Part shown: one piece after another, positions 12,863-24,950 of the stretch
Numbering within the stretch: position 1 is the first letter of the stretch
Layout of the letters: every line of letters begins with the position of its first letter
DNA from: Macrostomum lignano
Lineage: Eukaryota
DNA: 64,000 nt
Direction: 5' to 3'
NCBI GenBank assembly: GCA_002269645.1
Contig: NIVC01000255.1
Span: 434,001 to 498,000 of the forward strand
Made by a program: the position numbers and the translations under genes
Notes under the pieces: model-generated
The model's input: only the letters and a program-made list of their open reading frames with translations
Told to the model about the DNA's origin: nothing
Database searches by the model: none

Positions 12863-14040
12863 GTCGCTCGTCAAGTCGCTCTGCTGCTGCTGCTGGCTGC
12901 AGTGCTGCATCACGTGACCGAAGCCGCCGCCGACTCCGGGCAGACGTGGCAGTCGAGCCGCGAGAGCCTCTCCGACTACGAGGCCGTGAAGTCGCTGCCA
13001 GCCCGAGGCGAGTTTGAATGCGCGGTGGGTGCCAGCAGCGACTCCGCTGTGCAGCTGATGTCGTTCAGCGCCAGCTCCGGCCTGTGCGCTCACTTCAGGT
13101 GCCGCCTGGGCCTGAGCCACTGCAGCAAGTGCCGCAATGCGAACAAGGGAGCTCAGCGGGTGCGGGTGAGTCACTCAGTTGGACATGTCAGCGTTAACGC
13201 AGAGTAGAAGAGCTGGCGCACCTGTGCACCTGCCATCTTGCAGACAGCCGGCAGTGACTGCTGGAGCTGGCACACCTGTGCGCCTGTCACCTTGCAGACA
13301 GCCGGCAGTGACTGCTGGAGCTGGCACACCTGTGCGCCTGTCACCTTGCAGACAGCCGGCAGTGACTGCTGGAGCTGGCACACCTGTGCGCCTGTCACCT
13401 TGCAGACAGCCGGCAGTGACTGCTGGACCACCGTGCAGCACAGGCTGTCCGGCTCAGTGGACTTTTACCACAACTGGACTCAGTACCAGAGCGAGTTCGG
13501 CGAGGGACCCGACAGAAACTACTGGATCGGTGAGTGCATCCCGGATCTGCTGCATTCGCTTGCTTTTCCAGTTCGGATTTCAATGACAAACAGCGCCATG
13601 ACGCCCGCATCTTCCCAGGCCTGAACTCTCTCCACGCTCTCACTGCTTCTGGTCCTCGGAAGCTGAGGATCCTGATGAAGGCGTGGAACGACTCTGAGCA
13701 CTGGGCCGAGTACTTCAGCTTCTCCGTGGGTCCCGAGTCCGACAACTACCGGCTGAGCGTCTCCGGCTTCTCCGGCAGCGCCGCCATCGGCGACGGCCTC
13801 ACACGTCACAGCGGCTATCAGTTCACCACGAAGGACGCCGATCACGACACCTTCTCTAGCAACTGCGCAACAAGGTTTAAAGGTGCCTGGTGGTTCAGAG
13901 TCTGTTTCCACACCCACCCGAAAGGAGAGTACAAAAACTCATCTGCTGCCATCGGAGGTGCTCATGATGAGGGAGTTATTTGGAAGTTCAACTTTGGCTA
14001 CATCTACTCGCTGAAGGAGATGGAAATGCTGCTTCTGTAG
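12851..14040 (+). CDS. Secreted fibrinogen-related protein (FReP): signal peptide, degenerate PAN/apple-like Cys domain, fibrinogen C-terminal domain
   Basis: Exons 12851-13165 ([25 protein letters not shown]...), 13406-13529 ([26 protein letters not shown]...YWIG) and 13619-14040 (LNSLHALT...FTTKDADHD...[12 protein letters not shown]...). Phases 0 and 1 are consistent and the motifs match the fibrinogen-C consensus. Probable 5'-UTR exon ends at 11185. Confidence 0.92.
13210..13426. repeat. 54-bp repeat x4, each containing the FReP exon acceptor TTGCAG|ACAGCC
   Basis: Potential exon starts at 13244, 13298, 13352 and 13406, spaced exactly 54 nt apart. Confidence 0.95.
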
Positions 14041-14214
14041 CAGCACCAGCGTGATGGCAGAGAAGATGCCGCTGCTGCAACCGGCGAATTCGAGCGCTCA
14101 GTCGGCTTCGAAGCAACTTTGACAGTTCCTGACATTTGTGGAAACTGAAATATTCTGCTGCAGTGCGAGGACAGCCACCAGATGAAGCGGTCGATACTGA
14201 AAATGAAAATAATC

Positions 14215-14592
14215 CAGCTGTCCAATGCCAGAGACTGGCAGCACTGAGCCAGATGTCCAATGCCAGAGACTGGCAGCAGTGAGCCAGATGTCCAATGCCA
14301 GAGACTGGCAGCACTGAGCCAGATGTCCAATGCCAGAGACTGGCAGCAGTGAGCCAGATGTCCAATGCCAGAGACTGGCAGCACTGAGCCAGATGTCCAA
14401 TGCCAGAGACTGGCAGCACTGAGCCAGATGTCCAATTCCAGAGACTGGCAGCAGTGAGCCAGCTGTCCAATGCCAGAGACTGGCAGCACTGAGCCAGCTG
14501 TCCAATTCCAGAGACTGGCAGCAGTGAGCCAGCTGTCCAATGCCAGAGACTGGCAGCACTGAGCCAGATGTCCAATGCCAGAGACTGGCAGT
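14215..14592. repeat. 35-bp minisatellite GAGCCAGATGTCCAATGCCAGAGACTGGCAGCACT (~11 copies)
   Basis: Directly visible tandem array. Confidence 0.95.
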
Positions 14593-15408
14593 GGCTGCGG
14601 CGAGGCAGGCAGCGAGTAGCTGGCGGTGCTGCATTTGCTGAGTCGCCAATGGGAGTCGCTGATTGGAGCGGCCACTTTGAGTTGCAAATTTGAGCAGGCA
14701 TTGCGAGTCGGCATTTATCCACTCGAGCTGCTGCTGGAATGCGTGGAGGGCGTGGAATCTCGCCAGATTGAGTGGCGCGGCCCCAGCTGAGGCTCTGCTG
14801 CAGTTGCAGGTCCGATGTGGCTGTCCGAGTCACGTTTCACTGTGGAGCTGCGATCGTGACAGCAGCCGAGTTGCTGAGGCCGCCTGAGTGAGGCCGCAGA
14901 GCCGCCCGAAAACCAAAGTCTTCAGTAGTAGCAGCAGATCGAATCTCAGAGCCAATAAGAGTTCAATCTGGAAACTTCTCACTAGAAGTTGTTGCTTTAA
15001 TTTTGAATATTTTTAGTTCAACGCTGTCCCACTGTTCGAATTGATTGTCGAATTCTGAGTGTGTTTTTTGTACTCTACTTAGAGTAGTTTTTAGTACAAA
15101 TTGACAAAACTTAATGACTGTAATTCGATTATGTTTGACAGTAATGACTGCTTGAAAAGATTATGTTTATGATATATTATGTTACAAATGAGTAAGGAGA
15201 ATGTGTACATGTACAGGTGCTGACAGAGGGCTACTAATGCGCTTGGAATCAACTTCGACACGACCCCGTAGTAGCCTACACGAGTTCGACCTAGAGACAG
15301 CCTAAAGTAAGTACTCTAAAACATGACGTCATCCTTTGACTGTGGCCAACAAATCAGCCAGTTGAGTCGAGCTCGAAGTGACGGCGGGCTCACTCGGACA
15401 CGAGTCGA

Positions 15409-18400
15409 TCATTGCACCAACAGGGGCGGCCGAACTGCTGGTTGCTGACAATCTCGAAACCGCTGCTCTCCACCTGCCTGCACGGCCTCCGGGCTGGTGC
15501 GTCGAACCCTGGCCACTGCCTCGTCGATGGTGAGCTGGGTGCACACTCGGATCAGCTCGGGCTGCAGTTGATCAGCATGGTTGCTGCTGATACATTCGTA
15601 TGACCCAACAACTCAAACGGAACTTTTGAAATGTTTCTTTTACGATTAAGATTCATAATATTCAGATTCCCGTTAGCGGTTTCTTTCATTTTCAGACAAT
15701 TTCTTGAAACAACATTCAATTTACGCTTTATTATTATTTTTTGATAACATCACAGCGTACACGACGCGACCTTGTTAGTCATTTCTTAGTTCACCTTCAC
15801 TTGTCTCTGTTTGCTCTCCCCTCTCTGTCTTAGTTCAGTCTCGATATTTTTTTCTCTCTCCCTCGCAGCTCTCTGATTGGCTCTTTGACCTCGCCTCTTT
15901 CTTTGTCGGGCAATCCACCCCTCCTTGTCTTATCTACACTTAACCTCCCTAATTAAATGCCTTAGACATACTCATTCGGGCCCGGCGCCGCACTGGCCGT
16001 TTTGTTTATTTTTAATTCTAATTAAATAGTTTATTTATTTCGCTACAGTACATGAAAGACGGCAATGCTACTCACGTCCTTCGCCAGCAGGGCCCAAATC
16101 GCTTGAAAGTCGTTAATCTGATCGGCCATGGTCCCAGCAGCTCTGCGGATTAGTTTGGCTTTCAGTTGCGTGTCCCGACAGAATTCCAGCGTTGTCAAAA
16201 CCTCCTGAGAATCGTGACTCTGCAAAGAGTCTTCGAACCATACAGCCGATGTTGAAGTGTTGACAATACTTTGATCAAGGCAGAGAAACTTGAACAGGGC
16301 GTTGAAGTTCAAGTAGTACACGTTGACGTAGAGTATGCACTTGGGGAAGAGCTGTCTTGCATATTCGGGAAGCATGGAAAGTTGCAGAGGCTTGTTGAAG
16401 ACAAAGCAGAACATCCAAGCGGAGTCAACACTTTCTAGGTGCCTTTTGACGCTTTCCTTCAACAACTCGGGGTCTGACGATGGATCGTTCACGGATATTG
16501 GTACTCCCTTGGAAACCTGGTGTCCGAGACAAGCGCGCAAGATCTTCTTGGCTTCATCATTTTTCCCGAGATCCAATAAAGCCAGCGCTTTCAGCGTTTC
16601 TCGCGCGATGCGAGCAAAGTCAGGAATCTTGGAGAGATTGCGCAGCAGGTCGCGATGGCCAACATCTCGACTCTCGGCACTGGATAAACTGAGTAGGGCA
16701 TCCCGCACTGCCGTGTACACTTCGTAGTAGTACAGCGGGGTGTCCCGTGAGTAGTTCAGAGATGGCGGCGAAGGATCTGGTACCAGCATGAACGGGTGAA
16801 ACACCAAATTGCCTCCACCAACCAGAGGTTGCAGCTGATCCTTGAACTGTCTCAAAAAGCCAATGAGGTTTGCCTCAATCGCCGCCACAGCCTCCGCAAT
16901 TTGGCTTTTCTCGTTGTGATCAATTTTTAAATAAAGCGGCGCGTCACGAAAGAAGAAGTGGCTCATGCACTTTGAGGACTGAGGCTCTTGCAGTAAGGCC
17001 GTTCGCAGCATTTCAAGAGCGATCCGGACTATCTTGATGAAATTTTCAACCTTCCAGTCATCGCGCGGTATCTTGTCAAGCAGTTGAAACATCAATGTCT
17101 TCGCGTGGTAAGACCTCAAGCCTATGGCTCTTTTGCTAATCTCTTCTTTCACCAGGTCTTTAATCACGCTGTACACCTGTCCCTGAACAGTAGTCATGCT
17201 ACGCAGAAGCCGATTCTCAAGAAATGCTGCACTTCCTCTACATTTTTTACCTTCCTCACCTGGCGGAGCTGCCTTAACGACGTGATACGGATAGTTCTTC
17301 AAGTCGCATTTGAGCTGTTCGATGATGTCTTCAGGAATCTGGGTAGTGTATCCCGGCTCGAGTAGTTGGATTCGAGGATAGGTGCATAGCTTGAATGCCT
17401 GCACAAGGTCAGTTGCAGGCCTCAGAATAGAAAATCCGTCCCACGACTGAGCTGGCTTGGAAGCTGTGGGATATGATAGGTAATAGGAAACTAAGATAAA
17501 CTAAAAACAGGATTTACCTTTACAACCTCTTGAACTTGACATCCACCGATCTCACCCTGTTTGACCACCAAGAGACAGGGGTGACCACCAAGAGACAGGG
17601 GTGACCACCAAGAGACAGGGGTGACCACCAAGAGACAGGAGCGACTACCAAGAGACAGGGGCGCACACCAAGAGACAGGGGTGACCACCAAGAGACAGGA
17701 GCGCCGAAGAGACAGTGGCGCACACCAAGAGACAGGGGCGACCACCAAGAGACAGGGGTGACCACCAAGATACAGGGGTGACCACCAAGAGACAGGAGCG
17801 ACTACCAAGAGACAGGGGCGCACACCAAGAGACAGGGGTGACCACCAAGAGACAGGAGCGCCGAAGAGACAGTGGCGCACACCAAGAGACAGGGGCGACC
17901 ACGAAGAGACAGGGGTGACCACCAAGAGACAGGGGCGACCACCAAGAGACAGGGGTGACCACCAAGAGACAGGGGCAACCACTAAGAAACAGGGGCAACC
18001 ACCAAGAGATAGTGGCGCCCACTAAGACACCAAACATCGGTACCCTTAGGGTTGCAGCTCCTCCAATTAAAATTTCCGCGTATCCCACTGGAGTGCTCAA
18101 AATCGGCATGCGACTTACTTATTCCAGAGATGCATAAATGACCTTGGAAATACTCAAAAGTGTTCCGTGCATCGTGTTTACGCATAGCAGCTGCAACCAA
18201 TGAATTTTGGGCATCGATTGTGCACTGACATTGTTCTTTGATGTGGAATAATGCCGTGCGGTTCAAATCAACTATGTCCACATCTGATTGCAAATCCGTG
18301 ATGCCATTCATTCTTGAGCGGTTGTTGCCCCAACACTCGGCGTAACTTCCCACTATATAGATGCTTTCACTTTTCCACCTGGCTCGTAGGATGTCCTGCT

Positions 18401-20299
18401 CACAATTTACAACCGCTGCCATCACGCGGGCTCTGTCCGTCACGAACCCTGCTGCATTCATGGCTTCGTGCAGCTCTTGGCTGAAGGCTCTTTCGTCGAA
18501 ACTGAAATTTTTCAATGAGATTGATTTACAAAAAGTCCTACTATAGTAACTCTAACAGTGCGACTGTAAAATAAATGTGCCTTAAAAAGCATGCAATCAC
18601 ACCATGACTAATTCCAATCACACCATGACTAATTCCAATCACACCATGACTAATTCCAATCACACCATGACTAATTCCAATCACACACTATGACTAATTC
18701 CAATCACACACTATGACTAATTCCAATCACACACCATGACTAATTCCAATCACACCATGACTAATTCTAATCACACACTATGACTAATTCCAATCACACA
18801 CCATGACCAATTCCAATCACACACCATGACTAATTCCAATCACACACCATGACTAATTCCAATCACACACCATGACTAATTCCAATCACACACTATGACT
18901 AATTCCAATCACACACCATGACTAATTCCAATCACACACCATGACTAATTCCAATCACACCATGACTAATTCCAATCACACACCATGGCTAATTCCAATC
19001 ACACACCATGACTAATTCCAATCACACACCATGACTAATTCCAATCACACACCATGACTAATTCCAATCACACACCATGACTAATTCCAATCACACACTA
19101 TGACTAATTCCAATCACAGACCATGACTAATTCCAATCACACACTATGACTAATTCCAATCACACACTATGACTAATTCCAATCACACACTATGACTAAT
19201 TCCAATCACACACTATGACTAATTCCAATCACACACCATGACTAATTCCAATCACACACCATGACTAATTCCAATCGCACACTATGACTAATTCCAATCA
19301 CAGACCATGACAAAGCACAATGGCACTAGATGTACCACTAATTGTAAAAGGAACCAAACGTACTTTTGGGACCAGTCCAGCCCGCAATCTTCTGTCATGG
19401 TCAATAAAAAGGCTGAAAAGTCCACAAGTGTGATGTTAATGCGGTATAAATATTTCACAAAATGCTATAAAACTGACAGTTTCCGTACCCAAGTATGGCT
19501 CCTTATAGGACACCAACTGAGCCAAGATGTTTGTAAGGCCAAAAAATACCGCCAGGCGCACCGGCGTAAAGCCGAATACATTGCATTGATTTGGATTGCA
19601 TCCGGACTTCAAAAGATGAGACACCACATCCTGATTTCCAGCGGTCACCGCATAGTGCAGCGGACTCGACCCGCTATTGTCCAGAGCAACGACGTTGGCG
19701 CCTGCACTAATAAGATCACAGACAGCTAGCTTGGCGCCACACCTGGCAGCGATGTGGAGCGGTGTCTGTCCTACTAGAGTTCGGAGATCAATGTTGGCTT
19801 GTGCGCCTTGATGCCTTATTAGCATATTCAATGCTTTACTGCTTCGATTTCGCATTGCTGCTTCATGCAGAGGCGACCAGCCATCCGCATCCTGATAGTT
19901 GCTATCGGCACGATAGTCAAGCAGCAGCTTCACGCAATCCACGTGACCATTGCCAGCTGAGGCATGCAACGGTGTCCTGCCAATGCCATTGGGCAGATTC
20001 GGATTCGCACCGTTCTTCAGCAGGATCCAAACTGTTGCCGCGTGTCCGTTCCAGGCCGCCCGGTGGAGTGGCGATGTTTGAATTGCGTCAATCGCGTTTA
20101 CCTCGGCGCGGTGGCGAATAAGCAGTTCGGACATTGCGGCGTAGCCAAGCCAAGCAGAGTCTGTCAGTGCCGTCCTGCCTCTGTCATCCGGACTGTTTAC
20201 TTTCAAATTGCCATTTTTCAGTTGCCAATTGACATCCCAAATTTTAAAATTCCTAACATTGTCTCGAAAAATCAGCTGTTCAGAATCTGTCGCGGACAT
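15409..20299 (-). CDS. Ankyrin-repeat / cGAS-like receptor (Mab-21 nucleotidyltransferase) fusion protein, paralog 1 (~930 aa)
   Basis: Exons 20299-19489 (7 ANK repeats, phase 1), 19412-19364 (phase 1 to 2), 18501-18119 (IVGSYAECWG...SDVDIV, phase 2 to 1) and 17463-16076 (DLVQAF, LRSYHAKT, MSHFFF; donor GTGAGT) sum to 2631 nt in frame. A probable last exon is ~15561-15409, with an uncertain acceptor. Confidence 0.82.
17565..18010. repeat. 20-bp minisatellite CACCAAGAGACAGGGGTGAC in an ANK-cGLR1 intron
   Basis: Tandem array; the same CACCAAGAGACA core recurs at 20632-21255 and 24660-24950. Confidence 0.9.
18596..19306. repeat. 23-bp minisatellite AATTCCAATCACACACCATGACT
   Basis: About 30 tandem copies in an ANK-cGLR1 intron. 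Confidence 0.95.
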
Positions 20300-20631
20300 T
20301 TTGACTTTGACTAGAATTCTCAGGAATCAGCGGACCTGAAACCGGTTTAATTAGGTCTTGTCAAAAAAATCAGGTTTGGAGCAAATGACTCATGAGGATT
20401 TACTTACGATTTCAGCAAGATGCGTTTCTTAAATCCAGAGGCCAGATGCTTGAATTTAGACCCAACGTTCCGCATGACAACTTGGGGCAACTGTGAATCT
20501 TCCTTCCTTGGTTGGAAATGCATGCAATTTGAAATTAAAAATGTTTTCCCTTGGTGTCCCCTACTGATAGGGTCTACATAAATTGCGCTCCTCCAAAAGC
20601 CAAAGCTTGGAAGAGTTAGGGGTAGGGGCGA

Positions 20632-21255
20632 CCACCAAGAGACATGACACCCACCTAGAGACATGACACCCACCTAGAGACATGACGCCCACTAAGAGGC
20701 ATGACACCCACCAAGAAGCATGACATCCACCAAGAGACATGACATCCACCAAGAGTCATGACATCCACCAAGAGACATGACATCCACCAAGAGTCATGAC
20801 ATCCACCAAGAGACATGACGCCCACGAAGAGACATGACGCCCACCAAGAGACATGACATACACTAAGAGACATGATATCCACCAAGAGACATGACATCCA
20901 CCAAGAGACATGACATACACTAAGAGACATGATATCCACCAAGAGACATGACATCCACCAAGAGACATGACATACACTAAGAGACATGATATCCACCAAG
21001 AGACATGACATCCACCAAGAGACATGACGCCCACCAAGAGACATGACATCCACCAAGAGACATGACGCCCACCAAGAGACATTGACGCCCACCAAGAGAC
21101 ATGACATCCACCAAGAGACATGACATCCACCAAGAGACATGACGCCCACCAAGAGACATGACGCCCACCAAGAGACATTGACATCCACCAAGAGACACGA
21201 CCTTCACCAAGAGACATGACACCCACCAAGAGGCAGGGGCAACCACCAAGAGACA
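20632..21255. repeat. 19-bp minisatellite CACCAAGAGACATGACATC
   Basis: Tandem array upstream of the ANK-cGLR1 ATG, probably in a 5'-UTR intron. Confidence 0.9.
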
Positions 21256-22735
21256 GACAGTCAAGCATTCGAGCTACTGAAAAATTCATGCTATTTGAAA
21301 CACCTTGAACTGGCAGAGACAAGAAGGCTGATTTTGTCCTTAACTCCGCGACTCTCTGTATCTCTATTCTGCAACTGGCACAACTAGTACGAGTGCACTG
21401 GGGGGGGAATTACTTTGAGCAATTGCGGAATGTTCCTTCTGTTAGTAACTTCACAATGGTTAGAGCGGTTTCCTGAGCTGAGGGAGAGAGCTGACAGCTG
21501 AGAGCTGAACAATGAGCATGTGCTGCCGTAGGTATTTTTAGCACTGGCCAGATCAGCTGACCCAGTATGGCCGGGCTGCGTGGAATTTCCGCGGAATTCA
21601 CGCTAGCTAATTGTTATTTTTAAAACACAATAACTAAGTTCCTTATCAGTTAGTACACTTGCGTGTTTTGTAAATAAATTGATTATTATCTCGCTTTACA
21701 GGCGTTTTTGTTTTGAAAGCAAATGTACGTCCTACAATCTATATACTCCTTCAACCGTGTGCCACTGTCCCCTGCTAGTCCTTCAATAGAATATCAAGGA
21801 CCACTAGAAGTTACCGTTGTCCTAGAAATTCTAGTGGTCCTTGAAGAATATACCAGTGTCCCCAGCGAGTCCTTAAATAAAGCACAATTTATTACATAGG
21901 AATTACAAAATTCCTATAAGTTTAAAGGAAAGGAAAAAAACACATGAAAATACATTTAGATTTTAACCAACATTGCAACGCGCTAATTACACGCACACGT
22001 TGAGGCCAAAGATAAGCACCGGTCGCCGACTACCCTAGAAATAGAAAAGCAAAAAAAATGTTTTGCTATTTGTAGCCAAATGTGTAGGTCTATCTCGGAA
22101 GGAATTTCCGCGGAATTACCTCCGTAAGCCAAGCTAAATAAAGTCCAGCTATTTATTGTTATTTATTCAACTCTCAGCTTCTGCCGATCAAGTGACATTT
22201 TTACCAACTTCATCTGACTAGCGCAATGTTTAAAAATACGCTACTAGTAGTAGAAACTAAAAGACCCTACCCATGAATATTCGTTATTCAGTCGGGCTTG
22301 CTTATCAGTTTTCAAGCAGCAATAAATTTTGCAGTTTCTTTGCTTTCATAGAAGATCATCTTTCCATGCAAAGGAGGTTTCCTGTGCCCCTCCCCCATTG
22401 CAATACCCACCTAACTCATTTGGTTGAAACTTCACAACATTGCAACGTGGCTATTAAACGTGTACCTAAAACTACCAACCTGAATGCAACTCGTAGCAAC
22501 AAATTTGTGTCTATTAACTGCCCTAACCCGAGCTGCTCCACCTGACAACAGCAATTACAGGCAGTAAAAATGATTTTAAATAATTATTTTTCTGATCGTA
22601 AAAAATCCATTGCTTCCGGTGGCAGTCAGTCTACAAATAATCAAGTTGCTGCTCGGACCCAGAAGCAAGTCGAACCAGAGCAATCTCAAAGCAGTCTCAA
22701 AGCCGAACTCGAACACTCCAAAGAAGCCGTTCGCC

Positions 22736-22963
22736 ATGCTCCGCACAGCCGCCCTCTCCCTGCTGCTGCTCGCCCTGCTGCTCTGCTCGACTCCCTCCGT
22801 CATGGCCGCCCAGCGGGGCGCCCGCAACGCCGAAGAGCTCAGCCAGGACCTCGACAAGGTGATCCAGATGGGCCTCGGGCTGCTGTGCGACTCCATGAGC
22901 CTTCTGGACCAGTCCGACCCCAGGACCGCCCGGCTCTCCATCCTGTGCCAGGCCAGGAGCTAG
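22736..22963 (+). CDS. Small secreted peptide, 75 aa, copy 1 (MLRTAALSLLLLALLLCSTPSVMA AQRGARNAEELSQDLDKVIQMGLGLLCDSMSLLDQSDPRTARLSILCQARS)
   Basis: GCCATG start, hydrophobic signal peptide, strong GC3 codon bias, single coding exon, duplicated nearby. Confidence 0.85.
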   Translation: MLRTAALSLLLLALLLCSTPSVMAAQRGARNAEELSQDLDKVIQMGLGLLCDSMSLLDQSDPRTARLSILCQARS

Positions 22964-23257
22964 GCTATTGGAATAATGCAAATCTTTAATGCTGCAATCA
23001 AATATACAAGTGGCTATTGAGCACTGGTTTCCTCTGATGCTCTGATGCCATAGCTAACGTTGCAATTTTCAGTTTTTGGTTCAAATGTCCTCACCACTAT
23101 AGCTAAAACTTTTTATGCTAGAGCCAGGCATTTATCAGATAAGAGAGGAATGCGTGTCACTCTGGTGGAAACAGATTTGAATAGACAGCTATACCAATCG
23201 AATCGTACATGCAAACTTTCGTAGTAATCCTTTTGTACATAAGTAATTTCCTTTGAG

Positions 23258-23700
23258 CCATGGCATCTCAGCAACTCCCTCATTGAGTCTATGGCATCTC
23301 AGCAACTCCCTCATTGAGTCTATGGCATCTCAGCAACTCCTTCATTGAGTCTATGGCATCTCAGCAACTCCCTCATTGAGTCTATGGCATCTCAGCAACT
23401 CCTTCATTGAGTCTATGGCATCTCAGCAACTCCCTCATTGAGTCTATGGCATCTCAGCAACTCCTTCATTGAGTCTATGGCATCTCAGCAACTCCTTCAT
23501 TGAGTCTATGGCATCTCAGCAACTCCTTCATTGAGTCTATGGCATCTCAGCAACTCCCTCATTGAGTCTATGGCATCTCAGCAACTCCCTCATTGAGTCT
23601 ATGGCATCTCAGCAACTCCCCCATTGAGACATGGCATCTCAGCAACTCCCCCATTGAGCCATGGCATCTCAGCAACTCCCCCATTAAGTACTGGCATCTC
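23258..23700. repeat. 31-bp minisatellite GGCATCTCAGCAACTCCCTCATTGAGTCTAT (~14 copies) between the inverted peptide genes
   Basis: Directly visible tandem array. Confidence 0.95.
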
Positions 23701-23993
23701 ATATACAAGAAAATCTCTATTAAAGCTACACTAAACAACTACAGTTTGTCGATTAGACTGCAAATGAAAGGGCCAAAGGGGCAAAATTTGTGGACCAACA
23801 TAACGAGGGCCAAAATCCTGGTACTAACACGAACAGTTTATTCATATGGTAATAACAGGTCAAAAACGGTTTTAACTGTCGACTTTTAAGGCGCTAAGAA
23901 ATGTTAACAACAAGCTGGTTTCATTTATGCAGCAGAAACAACTGTATTAGTTCCAAAGGGAGTCAACAGCGGTCCCGCGGTCACTGAGTCAGC

Positions 23994-24224
23994 TCACTGA
24001 CTCCTGGCCTGGCACAGGATGGAGAGCCGGGCGGTCCTGGGGTCGGACTGGTCCAGAAGGCTCATGGAGTCGCACAGCAGCCCGAGGCCCATCTGGATCA
24101 CCTTGTCGAGGTCCTGGCTGAGCTCTTCGGCGTTGCGGGCGCCCCGCTGGGCGGCCATGACGGAGGGAGTCGAGCAGAGCAGCAGGGCGAGCAGCAGCAG
24201 GGAGAGGGCGGCTGTGCGGAGCAT
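23994..24224 (-). CDS. Small secreted peptide, 76 aa, copy 2 (identical to copy 1 except C-terminal ...ARSQ)
   Basis: Reverse complement is identical to 22736-22959 and diverges only at the stop region. Confidence 0.85.
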   Translation of the reverse strand: MLRTAALSLLLLALLLCSTPSVMAAQRGARNAEELSQDLDKVIQMGLGLLCDSMSLLDQSDPRTARLSILCQARSQ

Positions 24225-24659
24225 GGCGAACGGCTTCTTTGGAGTGCTCGAGTTCGGCTTTGAGATTGCTTTGAGATTGCTCTGGTTCGACTTGCTTCTG
24301 GGTCTGCGCAGCTTTCTGGCTATTTGTAGGCCGTCTGCGACCGGATGCAATCGGTCTAAGAGATCAATAAAATTGTAATTATCTACGACGAACACAGTTT
24401 ATGACCGATGACAATAAAATTGATTGAGCTGGTGATTGACTCATGTAGCCTTTTACGAGCGTAGTTTTTTTATTCTTCTGAAAATCGATCCAGGAAGTTC
24501 CTATGCTAAGTGGAAGATTTTCTTTAAGGTAAGCTACTGCTGCCTGACAATGCGCCACTTTTTAATGATCTTTTCAGAAATTAACTCAGTAGTCAAATAT
24601 TGATTTTACAGTCTTTACTAAATGAAAAATATTCCACTTGTAACCTAGCACTCGACAAT

Positions 24660-24950
24660 TCGAGAGACAGGGACGCCCACCAAGAGACAGGGGGAGACCA
24701 TCAAAAGACAGGGGCGATCATCAAAAGACAGGGGCGATCATCAAGAGACAGGGAGCGACCACCAAGAGACAGGGGCGACCACCAAGAGACAGGGGCGATC
24801 ACCAAGAGACAGGGGCGATCACCAAGAGACAGGGGCGATCACCAAGAGACAGGGGCGATCACCAAGAGACAGGGGCGACCACCAATAGACAGGGGCGCCC
24901 ACCAAGAGACAGGGAAGACCACCAAAAGACAATGGAAACTACCAAGAGAC
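24660..24950. repeat. 20-bp minisatellite CACCAAGAGACAGGGGCGAT
   Basis: Same family as 17565-18010. Confidence 0.9.

Noticed and set aside
11186-12917. Many long ORFs ([12 protein letters not shown]..., WSECGMSG...)
   Set aside because: Stop-free readings of 13-bp and 36-bp intronic minisatellites, with frames switching at 35-bp units.
17518-17556. Possible 39-nt micro-exon in the ANK-cGLR1 intron
   Set aside because: In the required phase it gives an immediate stop (AGG TGA).
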